Assembly: GCA_947085635.1 (NCBI GenBank)
Contig: CAMTXC010000009.1
Coordinates: 1,425-65,424 of the forward strand
DNA: 64,000 bases
Direction of reading: 5' to 3'
DNA from: an uncultured Actinomycetes bacterium
Lineage (GTDB): Bacteria; Actinomycetota; Thermoleophilia; RBG-16-64-13
Shown: in pieces, positions 38,682 to 46,290 of the stretch
Layout: every line of letters begins with the position of its first letter
Numbering within the stretch: the first letter of the stretch is position 1
Notes under the pieces: model-generated
The model's database searches: none
Seen by the model: only the letters and a program-made list of their open reading frames with translations
What the model was told of the DNA's origin: nothing
Program-made: the position numbers and the translations under genes

Positions 38682-39539
38682 TCACATCTTGGCGATGCCG
38701 GGCACGTCGGCTCCTTCGAGTACGATGAGGGTGCGTAGGTTGCCTTGGACTCTCCAACCGTCACCGGCAGGGCTCACGTCGACGATCTGAGCTGCATCCA
38801 CCTCGAGTTGGCCGCGCGGGTCTGAGTGGGTCACGAAGTCGCGTACGATCGTGGTGAGGTCGTGGTCGGCGCGAGGGACGCTTTCCCGGTAGCCTTTGGC
38901 CGCGGGCATGCGGTTGAGCATATCGAGCATGTACTCGAGGGATTCAGGCGACATCGAGATGCTGATGAGGTCGCCGTCGACCAGTAGACGAGCGTCCGAC
39001 ACGGCGCCGGCAGGCTTGTCTTTCTCGGCGAGGATCGCGATGACGGCGGGCATGAAGGCGGGGAGGTCGGCCGGCCGGCGCGAGGTGACGATGTTGCGGT
39101 CCACCACTACCGGAGCATCCACCCACTCGGCTCCGGCGTTCGAGAGGTCATCGCGGATCGCTGGAGACGACGTGACCCGGCGGCCGGACGCCACTCCGGC
39201 GGACGCCAACACCCAGCCGCCGTGACAGATCGCGGCGACGAGGCCGCCCGCTCGCTCGATCGACACCACGAAGCTCTTAACCGCTTCCGACCGTCGCAGC
39301 GCATCCGGAGCCCACCCGCCGGGGACGATCACCCCGTCGTATTCGGAGGGGTCGAGATCGTCGATCACTGCGTCGGGTTCCACCGGATACCCATGCTTCG
39401 AGGAGTAGCTCGCCCACCCGAGGCCCGCCACTATCACGTTGGCTCCGGCCTCCTGCAGGCGCAGCTTCGGGTACCAGAGCTCGAGATCTTCATATTCCTG
39501 CGCCGCCAAGATGACGATGCGCCTTCCGTTCAAGGACAT
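38682..39539 (-). CDS. DJ-1/PfpI-family protein with a ~100-aa C-terminal extension of unknown function
   Basis: GAGGAGG Shine-Dalgarno before the ATG at 39539 (MSLNGRRIVILAA.EYEDLE). The nucleophile elbow reads AAICHGGWVL. The family domain ends near ...PAFMPAVIAIL, and about 100 further residues follow. The track start at 39617 was rejected. Confidence 0.85.
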   Translation of the reverse strand: MSLNGRRIVILAAQEYEDLELWYPKLRLQEAGANVIVAGLGWASYSSKHGYPVEPDAVIDDLDPSEYDGVIVPGGWAPDALRRSEAVKSFVVSIERAGGLVAAICHGGWVLASAGVASGRRVTSSPAIRDDLSNAGAEWVDAPVVVDRNIVTSRRPADLPAFMPAVIAILAEKDKPAGAVSDARLLVDGDLISISMSPESLEYMLDMLNRMPAAKGYRESVPRADHDLTTIVRDFVTHSDPRGQLEVDAAQIVDVSPAGDGWRVQGNLRTLIVLEGADVPGIAKM

Positions 39540-39788
39540 GAATGCCTCCTCTTGTCTTTGCGTGACGTAGCGTCCCCGTCGTGCCGGCACCTGTTCCCTG
39601 TGGTCGTGCTCCCACAAACTCCGGCCTCAGTTGCATCATCGTCGCGCCCCCCCAAAGGTGGTTTGAAGGGTAAGTCCCCGAGGGTAACCGTGGGAGCACT
39701 GCGCTCGACTAGGGAGGCTGCTGCCCGGCGCGCACACCATTGGCCCGCGGCGACGCGGGAGAACGATCCGGAAGGAGACACAACGACG

Positions 39789-40376
39789 ATGGCATTCACC
39801 CTGCCCGATCTCCCGTACGCGAAGGACGCCCTTGAGCCGCACGTGAGCGCCGAGACTCTGGAGTTCCACCACGGCAAACACCACAATGCTTACGTGACCA
39901 ACCTTAATGCTCTTGTGGAGAACACCGAACTCGCCGATAAGAGTTTGGATGACATCATCGCCGCGGCTGAAGGAGGCGTGTTCAACAACGCCGCACAGGT
40001 ATGGAATCACTCCTTCTACTGGAAATGCATGAGGCCGGCGGGTGGGGGCTCACCCGGTGGAGACCTCGCGGCGAAGATCGACCGCGACTTCGGGTCGTTC
40101 GATGCCTTCAAGGAGCAGTTCAGCAAGGCGGGGGCCACGCTGTTCGGCTCGGGATGGACCTGGTTGGTGCTCGAGGGCGGCGTGCTCAAGATCACCCAGA
40201 CCGCGAACGCCGACCTGCCGCTGAGACATGGTCAGGTCGCTCTGTTGACCATGGACGTATGGGAACACGCCTACTACATCGACTACCGGAACGCCCGTCC
40301 CAAGTACATCGAGATGTTCTTGACGGAACTCGTCGACTGGGACTTCGTGGCGGCGAATCTGGCGGCGGCCTCGTAG
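39789..40376 (+). CDS. sodB: Superoxide dismutase, Fe type
   Basis: Key motifs are FTLPDLPY, HHGKHH, FNNAAQVWNHSFYW (Fe-type Gln position) and DVWEHAYYIDYRN. GGAAGGAG Shine-Dalgarno lies upstream of the ATG at 39789. Confidence 0.93.
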   Translation: MAFTLPDLPYAKDALEPHVSAETLEFHHGKHHNAYVTNLNALVENTELADKSLDDIIAAAEGGVFNNAAQVWNHSFYWKCMRPAGGGSPGGDLAAKIDRDFGSFDAFKEQFSKAGATLFGSGWTWLVLEGGVLKITQTANADLPLRHGQVALLTMDVWEHAYYIDYRNARPKYIEMFLTELVDWDFVAANLAAAS

Positions 40377-40386
40377 GATCGACCGG

Positions 40387-40416
40387 CTCCGGAAGCCCTG
40401 TCCCGGGCTTCCGGAG
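40387..40416 (+). terminator. Perfect 12-bp hairpin (CTCCGGAAGCCC / GGGCTTCCGGAG) after sodB, with no U-tract
   Basis: Read directly. It begins 11 nt after the sodB stop codon and has a 6-nt loop. Confidence 0.5.
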
Positions 40417-40513
40417 AACATAGCCACCTGGTTTGCGTGAGGGGATCAGCGGGCACGACATGATCGGAAGGCAGGCTCGGCGCTCGCGCGAGCCACGCGC
40501 GTAGGAGTGTGCC

Positions 40514-40852
40514 ATGGCTACTGTACCCTCACAGGACGACAGGACTCCCATGGATGCCACCGATCCCATGATCGATGCTCAGGCGGCGCGCAGTGGGGCG
40601 CGATCGGCGATCCCTGTCGAGGGGTCGACGCCGTCGCTGCCTTCCTTGAGCGTAGACGAGTCACGTGTCTTGAGCGCCATGTCTGAAGCGCGACACATGT
40701 CGATCGGGGTGCTGCGTGCCCGCACGGGTCTGGGTTCCGAGGAGCTGCACGGGATACTCGATGCTCTCCGCTCCAAGGGCTTGGCCACCCGCCTCAACAC
40801 GGTCGTCGAGAGCTATTCCAGTCGCTTCCCCGGACTCCGTGTCGGCGACTGA
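40514..40852 (+). CDS. Small putative winged-helix DNA-binding protein
   Basis: The C-terminal ~60 aa look like a wHTH (ESRVLSAMSEARHMSIGVLRARTGLGSEELHGILDALRSKGLATR). Its 3' end overlaps the downstream YihY start by 14 nt. Confidence 0.5.
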   Translation: MATVPSQDDRTPMDATDPMIDAQAARSGARSAIPVEGSTPSLPSLSVDESRVLSAMSEARHMSIGVLRARTGLGSEELHGILDALRSKGLATRLNTVVESYSSRFPGLRVGD

Positions 40853-41768
40853 ACCTCCGCTCGAGCCAACTCTGTGCAGCCGCCTGCTGGCGGTACCGAA
40901 GAGGGTCTTCTGGGGCACGGTAGAAGACGATTGCCTCGGCCTCGCGGCTCAGATCGCGTACTACGGTCTGCTTTCACTCTTCCCCTTCCTGCTGTTCTTG
41001 CGGGCCCTGGTGCCTCATCTGCCCGGGAAGGGCCAGGTGATCGAACGAACGCTCCACGGGCTCGAGCTGATGGTGACTCCGGAGAGCCGTCTCTACGAGA
41101 TCGTGCGCGACAACATTGTCGATCAGCTCGACGCCGGCAGCTCCACCCTGCTGTCGGTGGGTGTGCTGCTGACGCTCTGGGGCGGGTCGAGCTCCTTCGC
41201 CGTGCTCATCAAGGCCATCAACCGGGCCTACGGCATCCGGGAGACGCGCTCCTGGCAGCGGAGGCGACTCCTCGCCGTGGCCATGACCTTCATGACTGCC
41301 CTCTTCATACCGGTGGGCGTGACCCTCGTGCTCTTGGGCCCGAGTTTCGGTGAGACGCTTGGCCGTCTCCTCGGCGTTGAGTGGGCGGTGCACGCGGTCT
41401 GGACCGCGGTGCGCTGGCCGGCCGTGGTGGTGTTCCTGACCATCGGCCTCGCCGTGATCTACTACTTCGCCCCCAACACTCCTCAGAGGGCGATGCACGT
41501 GCTGCCGGGAAGCCTGTTCGCGGTCGTGGCGGTTATCGGATCATCCCTGGGATTCTCGTGGTTCATCGGGCTCAACCTCTTCGAGTTGAAGTGGTTCACC
41601 TACGGAGCGATCGGTACGGTCATCGTGATCTTGTTCTGGATGTATCTGATGGGGTTCGCCGTCTTGATCGGCGCGGAGCTGAACGCTGCCATGGGGAGGG
41701 CGCTTGGTCGACCTCCGCGCGAGGGGCTCGTGAAGGAAGATGCCTGCGCTGCCGAGCCGCCCGGGTAG
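40839..41768 (+). CDS. YihY/BrkB-family inner-membrane protein
   Basis: Family hallmarks are ...LAAQIAYYGLLSLFPFLLFL... and ...LTLWGGSSSFAVLIKAINRAY. There are about six hydrophobic segments. The start was assigned to GTG 40839, and the track start at 40716 lies inside the upstream gene. Confidence 0.85.
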   Translation: MSATEPPLEPTLCSRLLAVPKRVFWGTVEDDCLGLAAQIAYYGLLSLFPFLLFLRALVPHLPGKGQVIERTLHGLELMVTPESRLYEIVRDNIVDQLDAGSSTLLSVGVLLTLWGGSSSFAVLIKAINRAYGIRETRSWQRRRLLAVAMTFMTALFIPVGVTLVLLGPSFGETLGRLLGVEWAVHAVWTAVRWPAVVVFLTIGLAVIYYFAPNTPQRAMHVLPGSLFAVVAVIGSSLGFSWFIGLNLFELKWFTYGAIGTVIVILFWMYLMGFAVLIGAELNAAMGRALGRPPREGLVKEDACAAEPPG

Positions 41769-41845
41769 CAGGGCGCGATCCGGACGTGCCTCCGGAGAGC
41801 TCTCGCGCGGGGCCCGGCGAGGCCCAGTGGAGCCCTCCCGGGGGA

Positions 41846-42658
41846 TCAGCCGTCGGTTTGCGCGGTGCGGGCCTTCCCGGCGCCGTCTACGAGCCAGGTG
41901 ATCCACTCGCTGAGGCCGTCCCCGGTGCGGGCGGACAGCGGGATGACCCGAGCCGATGGGTTCACCCGCTTGATGTTGGCGAGTATCGTCTCGAGATCGA
42001 CGTCGAGGTGGGGCAGGAGGTCGGTCTTGGTCACCAGGGCCAGGGACGCCTCGTGGAACATGAGAGGGTACTTGAGGGGCTTGTCTTCCCCCTCGGTCAC
42101 CGATAGGAGCACCACCTTGGCGTCCTCACCGATGTCGAACTCGGCCGGGCATACCAGGTTCCCCACGTTCTCCACGATGAGCACGTCGAGAGAGTGAAGG
42201 TCGAGCTGTTCGACTGCTCCCGCCACCAGCGGGGCCGCGAGGTGGCAGTCACCGCCGAAGGGGCCGGTGTTCACCTGCACCACCTGGATGCCGAAAGGGG
42301 CGATGCGATCCGCGTCCGCCCTGGTCTCGATGTCGCCCTCGATCACACCCATCACGAGGCCCTCCAGTCCGCGGTTGAGGGTGGCCTCGAGCAATGCCGT
42401 CTTCCCGGCGCCCGGCGAACTCATCAGGTTCGCGGAGAACACACCGTGAGCGCGCAGGAGTCCGCGGATGGCCTGTGCGTGTCGATCGTTGGCGGCGAGC
42501 AGGCGCTGGTGCAGCTCCACCTCGTGCGGACCGCGCTCTCCTCCGGAGGTGCCCTCCGAGCCGTGACCGCCTTTGTGATACCTCAGCCCGGCGTACCGGC
42601 CTGTCGCGGACGAGAAACGTCCGGTGTCGCCGGTGGGGCGTCTTCGCGAGTAGTCCAT
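41846..42658 (-). CDS. hypB: Hydrogenase/urease nickel-incorporation GTPase HypB
   Basis: Key motifs are SSPGAGKT, GDCHL, ENVGNLVCPA and ...TK.DL. The N-terminal CxxCGC nickel motif is absent. The exact start is uncertain. Confidence 0.92.
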   Translation of the reverse strand: MDYSRRRPTGDTGRFSSATGRYAGLRYHKGGHGSEGTSGGERGPHEVELHQRLLAANDRHAQAIRGLLRAHGVFSANLMSSPGAGKTALLEATLNRGLEGLVMGVIEGDIETRADADRIAPFGIQVVQVNTGPFGGDCHLAAPLVAGAVEQLDLHSLDVLIVENVGNLVCPAEFDIGEDAKVVLLSVTEGEDKPLKYPLMFHEASLALVTKTDLLPHLDVDLETILANIKRVNPSARVIPLSARTGDGLSEWITWLVDGAGKARTAQTDG

Positions 42659-42665
42659 CCGTGCT

Positions 42666-43019
42666 TTACTCCGTCCCGTCGTCGATCTCTATGGCTCTGA
42701 GGAGGAGTTCCTTGCCCTGGAGCACCTCCACCGGGCCCTCGCATACGGGGCACATGAACTCCACCTCGGTCACCGTCCATTCGGTCTCGCAGGAGCCGCA
42801 GCGAACGCGCACAGGTATCTGCTCTATGATCAGTCGCGCGCCCTCCACAGGCGTCCCCTGGCTCACCACCTCGAAACAGAAAGCGAGGGCGTCGGGCACG
42901 ACGGCTCTCAACCTCCCCACCTGGAGCGTCACCGAGACCACGGAGGCCCCGGACTCGAAGTCTCCTAGGCAGCGCTCGACCTCGGTGACCACCCCGGCGG
43001 CGAGTGTCATCTCGTGCAC
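42666..43019 (-). CDS. hypA: Hydrogenase nickel-insertion protein HypA
   Basis: MHE N-terminus and a CGSC...CPVC zinc site. 117 aa. Confidence 0.93.
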   Translation of the reverse strand: MHEMTLAAGVVTEVERCLGDFESGASVVSVTLQVGRLRAVVPDALAFCFEVVSQGTPVEGARLIIEQIPVRVRCGSCETEWTVTEVEFMCPVCEGPVEVLQGKELLLRAIEIDDGTE

Positions 43020-43023
43020 GGCT

Positions 43024-44037
43024 TCAGCAGATCCGAGGAAGCTGCTCGCCGAGCGGCATGTCGAGTATCCGCCGCCCTCCCAGCTCGGTGTCCAGCGTCA
43101 CGAGGCCGCCGAGCCGCGCTTCGATCGCGCCTATAGCAGCCGCACCAGCGCCGCGAGAGTGCCCGTGCATCACATCGAGCGCCCGTGCCTCGTCCTCCGG
43201 CGCCACCACGACGACCACCTTGCCCTCGTTGGCCACGAAGAGCGGGTCGATGCCGAGGATCTCGCACAGCGAGCGCACGGCTGGGGAGACCGGGAGTGCC
43301 TTGTTGGACAACGCGACACCCCAGTCCCGGCCGGCGGCCAGCTCGTTGGTGACGGCCGCGAGACCACCACGGGTGGCGTCGCGCAGGAAGCGGAGCTTCA
43401 CGCCGGCGTCGAAGAGCGCGGCGATCAGACCGTTGAGGGGGGCGCAATCGCTCTGGATAGGGCTGTCGAAGCGCAGGCCTTCGCGCGCCGACATGACGGC
43501 CATGCCGTGATCACCGAGGGTGCCGTTCACCAGGACCACGTCTCCCGCCCGGGGCTCGCCCCAGCCGGCCGGAAGGTCCTCGCGCATCGCGCCCAGCCCG
43601 GAAGTCGTGATGAAGAGGCCGTCGGCGCCGCCGCGCTCCACCACTTTGGTGTCGCCGGTGACCAGCACGACCCCGGCTTCCGCCGCCGTGGCGGCCATGG
43701 AGGCCGCGATGCGGCGCAGGTCGTCCAGGGGGAGACCTTCTTCTAGCACGAAGGAACAGGAGAGATAGCGAGGCACTGCTCCGACCACGGCGAGGTCGTT
43801 CACCGTGCCGGCAACCGCCAGGGTGCCGATGTCTCCACCGGGGAAGAACCGCGGCGACACCACGTACGCGTCGGTGGTGAAGGCGAGGCGATGCGTGCCC
43901 AGGTCGATGAGGGCCGAGTCGCCGAGTCTACTGAGCTCGGGGTTGTCGAACGCAGGAAGGAACACGTCCCTCACGAGGCGTGCCGAGAGCGAACCGCCGC
44001 CGCCGTGGGCGAGGAGCACCCGCTCTTCAGCGCTCAC
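43024..44037 (-). CDS. hypE: Hydrogenase maturation carbamoyl dehydratase HypE
   Basis: AIR-synthase-like fold motifs (LAHGGGG, TTD) and the diagnostic C-terminal PRIC. Confidence 0.95.
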   Translation of the reverse strand: MSAEERVLLAHGGGGSLSARLVRDVFLPAFDNPELSRLGDSALIDLGTHRLAFTTDAYVVSPRFFPGGDIGTLAVAGTVNDLAVVGAVPRYLSCSFVLEEGLPLDDLRRIAASMAATAAEAGVVLVTGDTKVVERGGADGLFITTSGLGAMREDLPAGWGEPRAGDVVLVNGTLGDHGMAVMSAREGLRFDSPIQSDCAPLNGLIAALFDAGVKLRFLRDATRGGLAAVTNELAAGRDWGVALSNKALPVSPAVRSLCEILGIDPLFVANEGKVVVVVAPEDEARALDVMHGHSRGAGAAAIGAIEARLGGLVTLDTELGGRRILDMPLGEQLPRIC

Positions 44038-45205
44038 GGGCTATCCCCCTGTCGACCGCGTCTACGGCGGCTGTGATCGGCAGACGCCTTCGCTCGTAGC
44101 GGTAGTAGGCGGCGCAGGTGCCCTCCGAGGACACCATACATGCGCCCTTGGGAGCCTCCGGTGTGCAGCGTCGGGCGAAGAGCGGGCACTCGGTGGGCAC
44201 CACGACGCCGCGAAGTACATCGGGGCAACGGCAGGCCGGGTCGTCCTCGGCGTCGGGCACCTGCACGTCGAACCGCCGCGCCGCGTCCAGGTGGGCAAAC
44301 TCCTCACGGATAGCGAGCCCGCTTCCCGGGATCACCCCGAAACCGCGCCAGGCGGCGTCGCACGGCTCGAACATGCGTTCGAGTAGAGCTCTTGCCGCGT
44401 GGTTGCCCTCCTCCGTGACGGCCCGCCCGTATGCGTTCTCCACCTCGGCCCGGCTTTCCGCCGCCTGGCGGGCGAGGAGCAGGAGGGCGTGCAGGATATC
44501 GAGCGGCTCAAACCCGGCGACTACCGAGGAGGCGCCGTACTCCTCGGCAAGGAAGCGGTAGGCTCCAGACCCGATCACGGTGCTCACATGCCCGGGGCAG
44601 ATGAAGCCCCTCACGTGCACGTCGGGGGCCTCCATCAGAGCCCTCATGGGCGGCGGCATGACCTTGTGATCCGAGAGCACCGAGAAGTTACACAGGTGCT
44701 CCTCGTGCGCCTGAAGAAGGGCCGCAGCCACCGTGGGCGCTGTGGTCTCGAAGCCGATACCTAGGAAGACCACCTGATGCTCGGGCCGTTTCCGGGCGAG
44801 ATCGAGGGCGTCCAGAGTGGAGTAGACCACACGCACATCACTGCCCGCGGCCCGTGCCTGCTCCAGGCTCGTCTCCGATCCCGGCACCCGTATCAGGTCG
44901 CCGAACGTGGCGATGATCGTGTGGGGGAGGCGGGAGAGGGCGATGGCGTGGTCGATGTTGCGGAGTGGCGTCACACAGACGGGGCAGCCGGGTCCAGATA
45001 CCAACCGCAGTCGGTCGGGGAGCAGCGAGCGGATGCCGAACCGGGACACCGCCATGGTGTGGCTCCCGCAGACTTCCATGAAAGTGGCGGGCTCGGGCAG
45101 ACGGACCGCGTGCAGCTGGGCCAGGATGGCCTTGGCGGCGGCGGCATCTCTGAATTCGTCTACGAAGCGCATAGCGCCGATTATACGCGTGGTGAGCGCC
45201 GTCAC
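44027..45205 (-). CDS. hypD: Hydrogenase maturation factor HypD
   Basis: Key sequences are MRFVDEFRD, MEVCGSHT, GPGCPVCVTP and the C-terminal Cys cluster. There are two candidate starts: the GTG at 45205 overlaps the murB stop (GTGA), and the ATG at 45172 gives the canonical MRFVDE N-terminus. Confidence 0.93.
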   Translation of the reverse strand: MTALTTRIIGAMRFVDEFRDAAAAKAILAQLHAVRLPEPATFMEVCGSHTMAVSRFGIRSLLPDRLRLVSGPGCPVCVTPLRNIDHAIALSRLPHTIIATFGDLIRVPGSETSLEQARAAGSDVRVVYSTLDALDLARKRPEHQVVFLGIGFETTAPTVAAALLQAHEEHLCNFSVLSDHKVMPPPMRALMEAPDVHVRGFICPGHVSTVIGSGAYRFLAEEYGASSVVAGFEPLDILHALLLLARQAAESRAEVENAYGRAVTEEGNHAARALLERMFEPCDAAWRGFGVIPGSGLAIREEFAHLDAARRFDVQVPDAEDDPACRCPDVLRGVVVPTECPLFARRCTPEAPKGACMVSSEGTCAAYYRYERRRLPITAAVDAVDRGIARER

Positions 45206-46290
45206 CAGACCTTGTCACAACCCCAGCACACCGGCTCCATCTCGAGTGAGACCTCGAAGCGGTCGTGGACTGCGCCTCGGACGTGGGCCGCAAGCGCCAT
45301 CAGCTCAGCCGCCGTGGCTCCCCCCAGGTTCACCAGCGCCAGGACGTGCCTCGTCGAGACGCCGACGCGGCCGCGCCGATAGCCACGGGCGATCCCGGCC
45401 CGTTCGATCAACCAGGCCGCGGAGAGCTTCACGAGGCCGGGGCCGGCGGCGTGGGCCGGCATGATCTCGGCGCCGGGTACGCCTTCGGCATACAGGCGCT
45501 CCTTCAGGCGCTCCGCGGCGGCTCTGGAGATCACCGGGTTCGTGAAGAAGGAGCCGGCGCTCTTGTGGTTCTCGTCGGGCGGGTCGAGCACCATCGACTT
45601 CCTGCGACGCAGCCGGAGCACGGCCTCTCGCACTTCGTCCAGTGAGGCCGGGTCCGGCGGAGCGCCTACCTCCGACCAGCCGAGTTCACCCCGCAACTCG
45701 TCGTATTCCACCTTCGAGGCTCCACCGGGAGTGAGTGCGAAGGTCACGGCGAGGACCACCATCCTGCCCGGCTCCCGCCGAAAGATGGAGTCACGATACC
45801 CGAACCCGCAGCAGGCCGCGGGGAGGTCGCTGGCCCGCAGGGTGGCGGTGTCGAGCACGCGGACCGTGCGGACCGTGTCGGCCGCCTCCTGGCCGTACGC
45901 GCCGACGTTCTGCACCGGGGTTGCGCCGACGGAACCCGGGATGCCCGCCAGGCACTCGATGCCGGCTTCGCCGCGGCGCACCGCCTCAGTCACGAGGGGG
46001 TCCCAGGTCTCCCCCGCGCCGGCTGTCAGGAGGGTGAAGTCCCCTTCGCGACGGAACCTGATCCCGTGCGGCGTCATGTGGACTACGAGTCCGTCGACGC
46101 CGTCGTCGCCCACGACCACGTTCGATCCTCCTCCGAGGTGATAGACGGGCAGCCCTCGGTCGCGCGCCCACTCAAGCGCGGCAACCAGCGTCGGCTCATC
46201 GTCGGCCGTCACGAAGTGGCGGGCGGGGCCTCCGATGCCGAGGGTCGTGAGGGGGGCGAGGGGCGTGTCGTCGGCTATCCGTAGGCTCAC
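45202..46290 (-). CDS. murB: UDP-N-acetylenolpyruvoylglucosamine reductase MurB
   Basis: FAD-binding PCMH domain (PLAPLTTLGIGGPA......L.......G.P...LGGGSNV) and MurB C-terminal domain (AGSFFTNP). The GTG at 46290 overlaps the hypF stop (GTGA). The upstream 230 codons of the 594-aa track ORF are an Arg/Pro-rich shadow over hypF. Confidence 0.9.
   Translation of the reverse strand: MSLRIADDTPLAPLTTLGIGGPARHFVTADDEPTLVAALEWARDRGLPVYHLGGGSNVVVGDDGVDGLVVHMTPHGIRFRREGDFTLLTAGAGETWDPLVTEAVRRGEAGIECLAGIPGSVGATPVQNVGAYGQEAADTVRTVRVLDTATLRASDLPAACCGFGYRDSIFRREPGRMVVLAVTFALTPGGASKVEYDELRGELGWSEVGAPPDPASLDEVREAVLRLRRRKSMVLDPPDENHKSAGSFFTNPVISRAAAERLKERLYAEGVPGAEIMPAHAAGPGLVKLSAAWLIERAGIARGYRRGRVGVSTRHVLALVNLGGATAAELMALAAHVRGAVHDRFEVSLEMEPVCWGCDKVW

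Noticed and set aside
41790-41845. Terminator between the convergent yihY and hypB genes (GAGAGCTCTC palindrome and GGGCC-CGGCGA-GGCCC stem).
   Set aside because: The stems are short (5 bp) or loop-less, with no U-tract. This is too weak to annotate as a terminator.
45172-46290. A hidden hypC in alternative frames around the hypF-murB-hypD junctions.
   Set aside because: No ORF on the minus strand in this interval begins with the MCL(A/G)(I/V)P motif or has the ~75-90-aa size expected. The only candidates are Arg-rich shadow ORFs.
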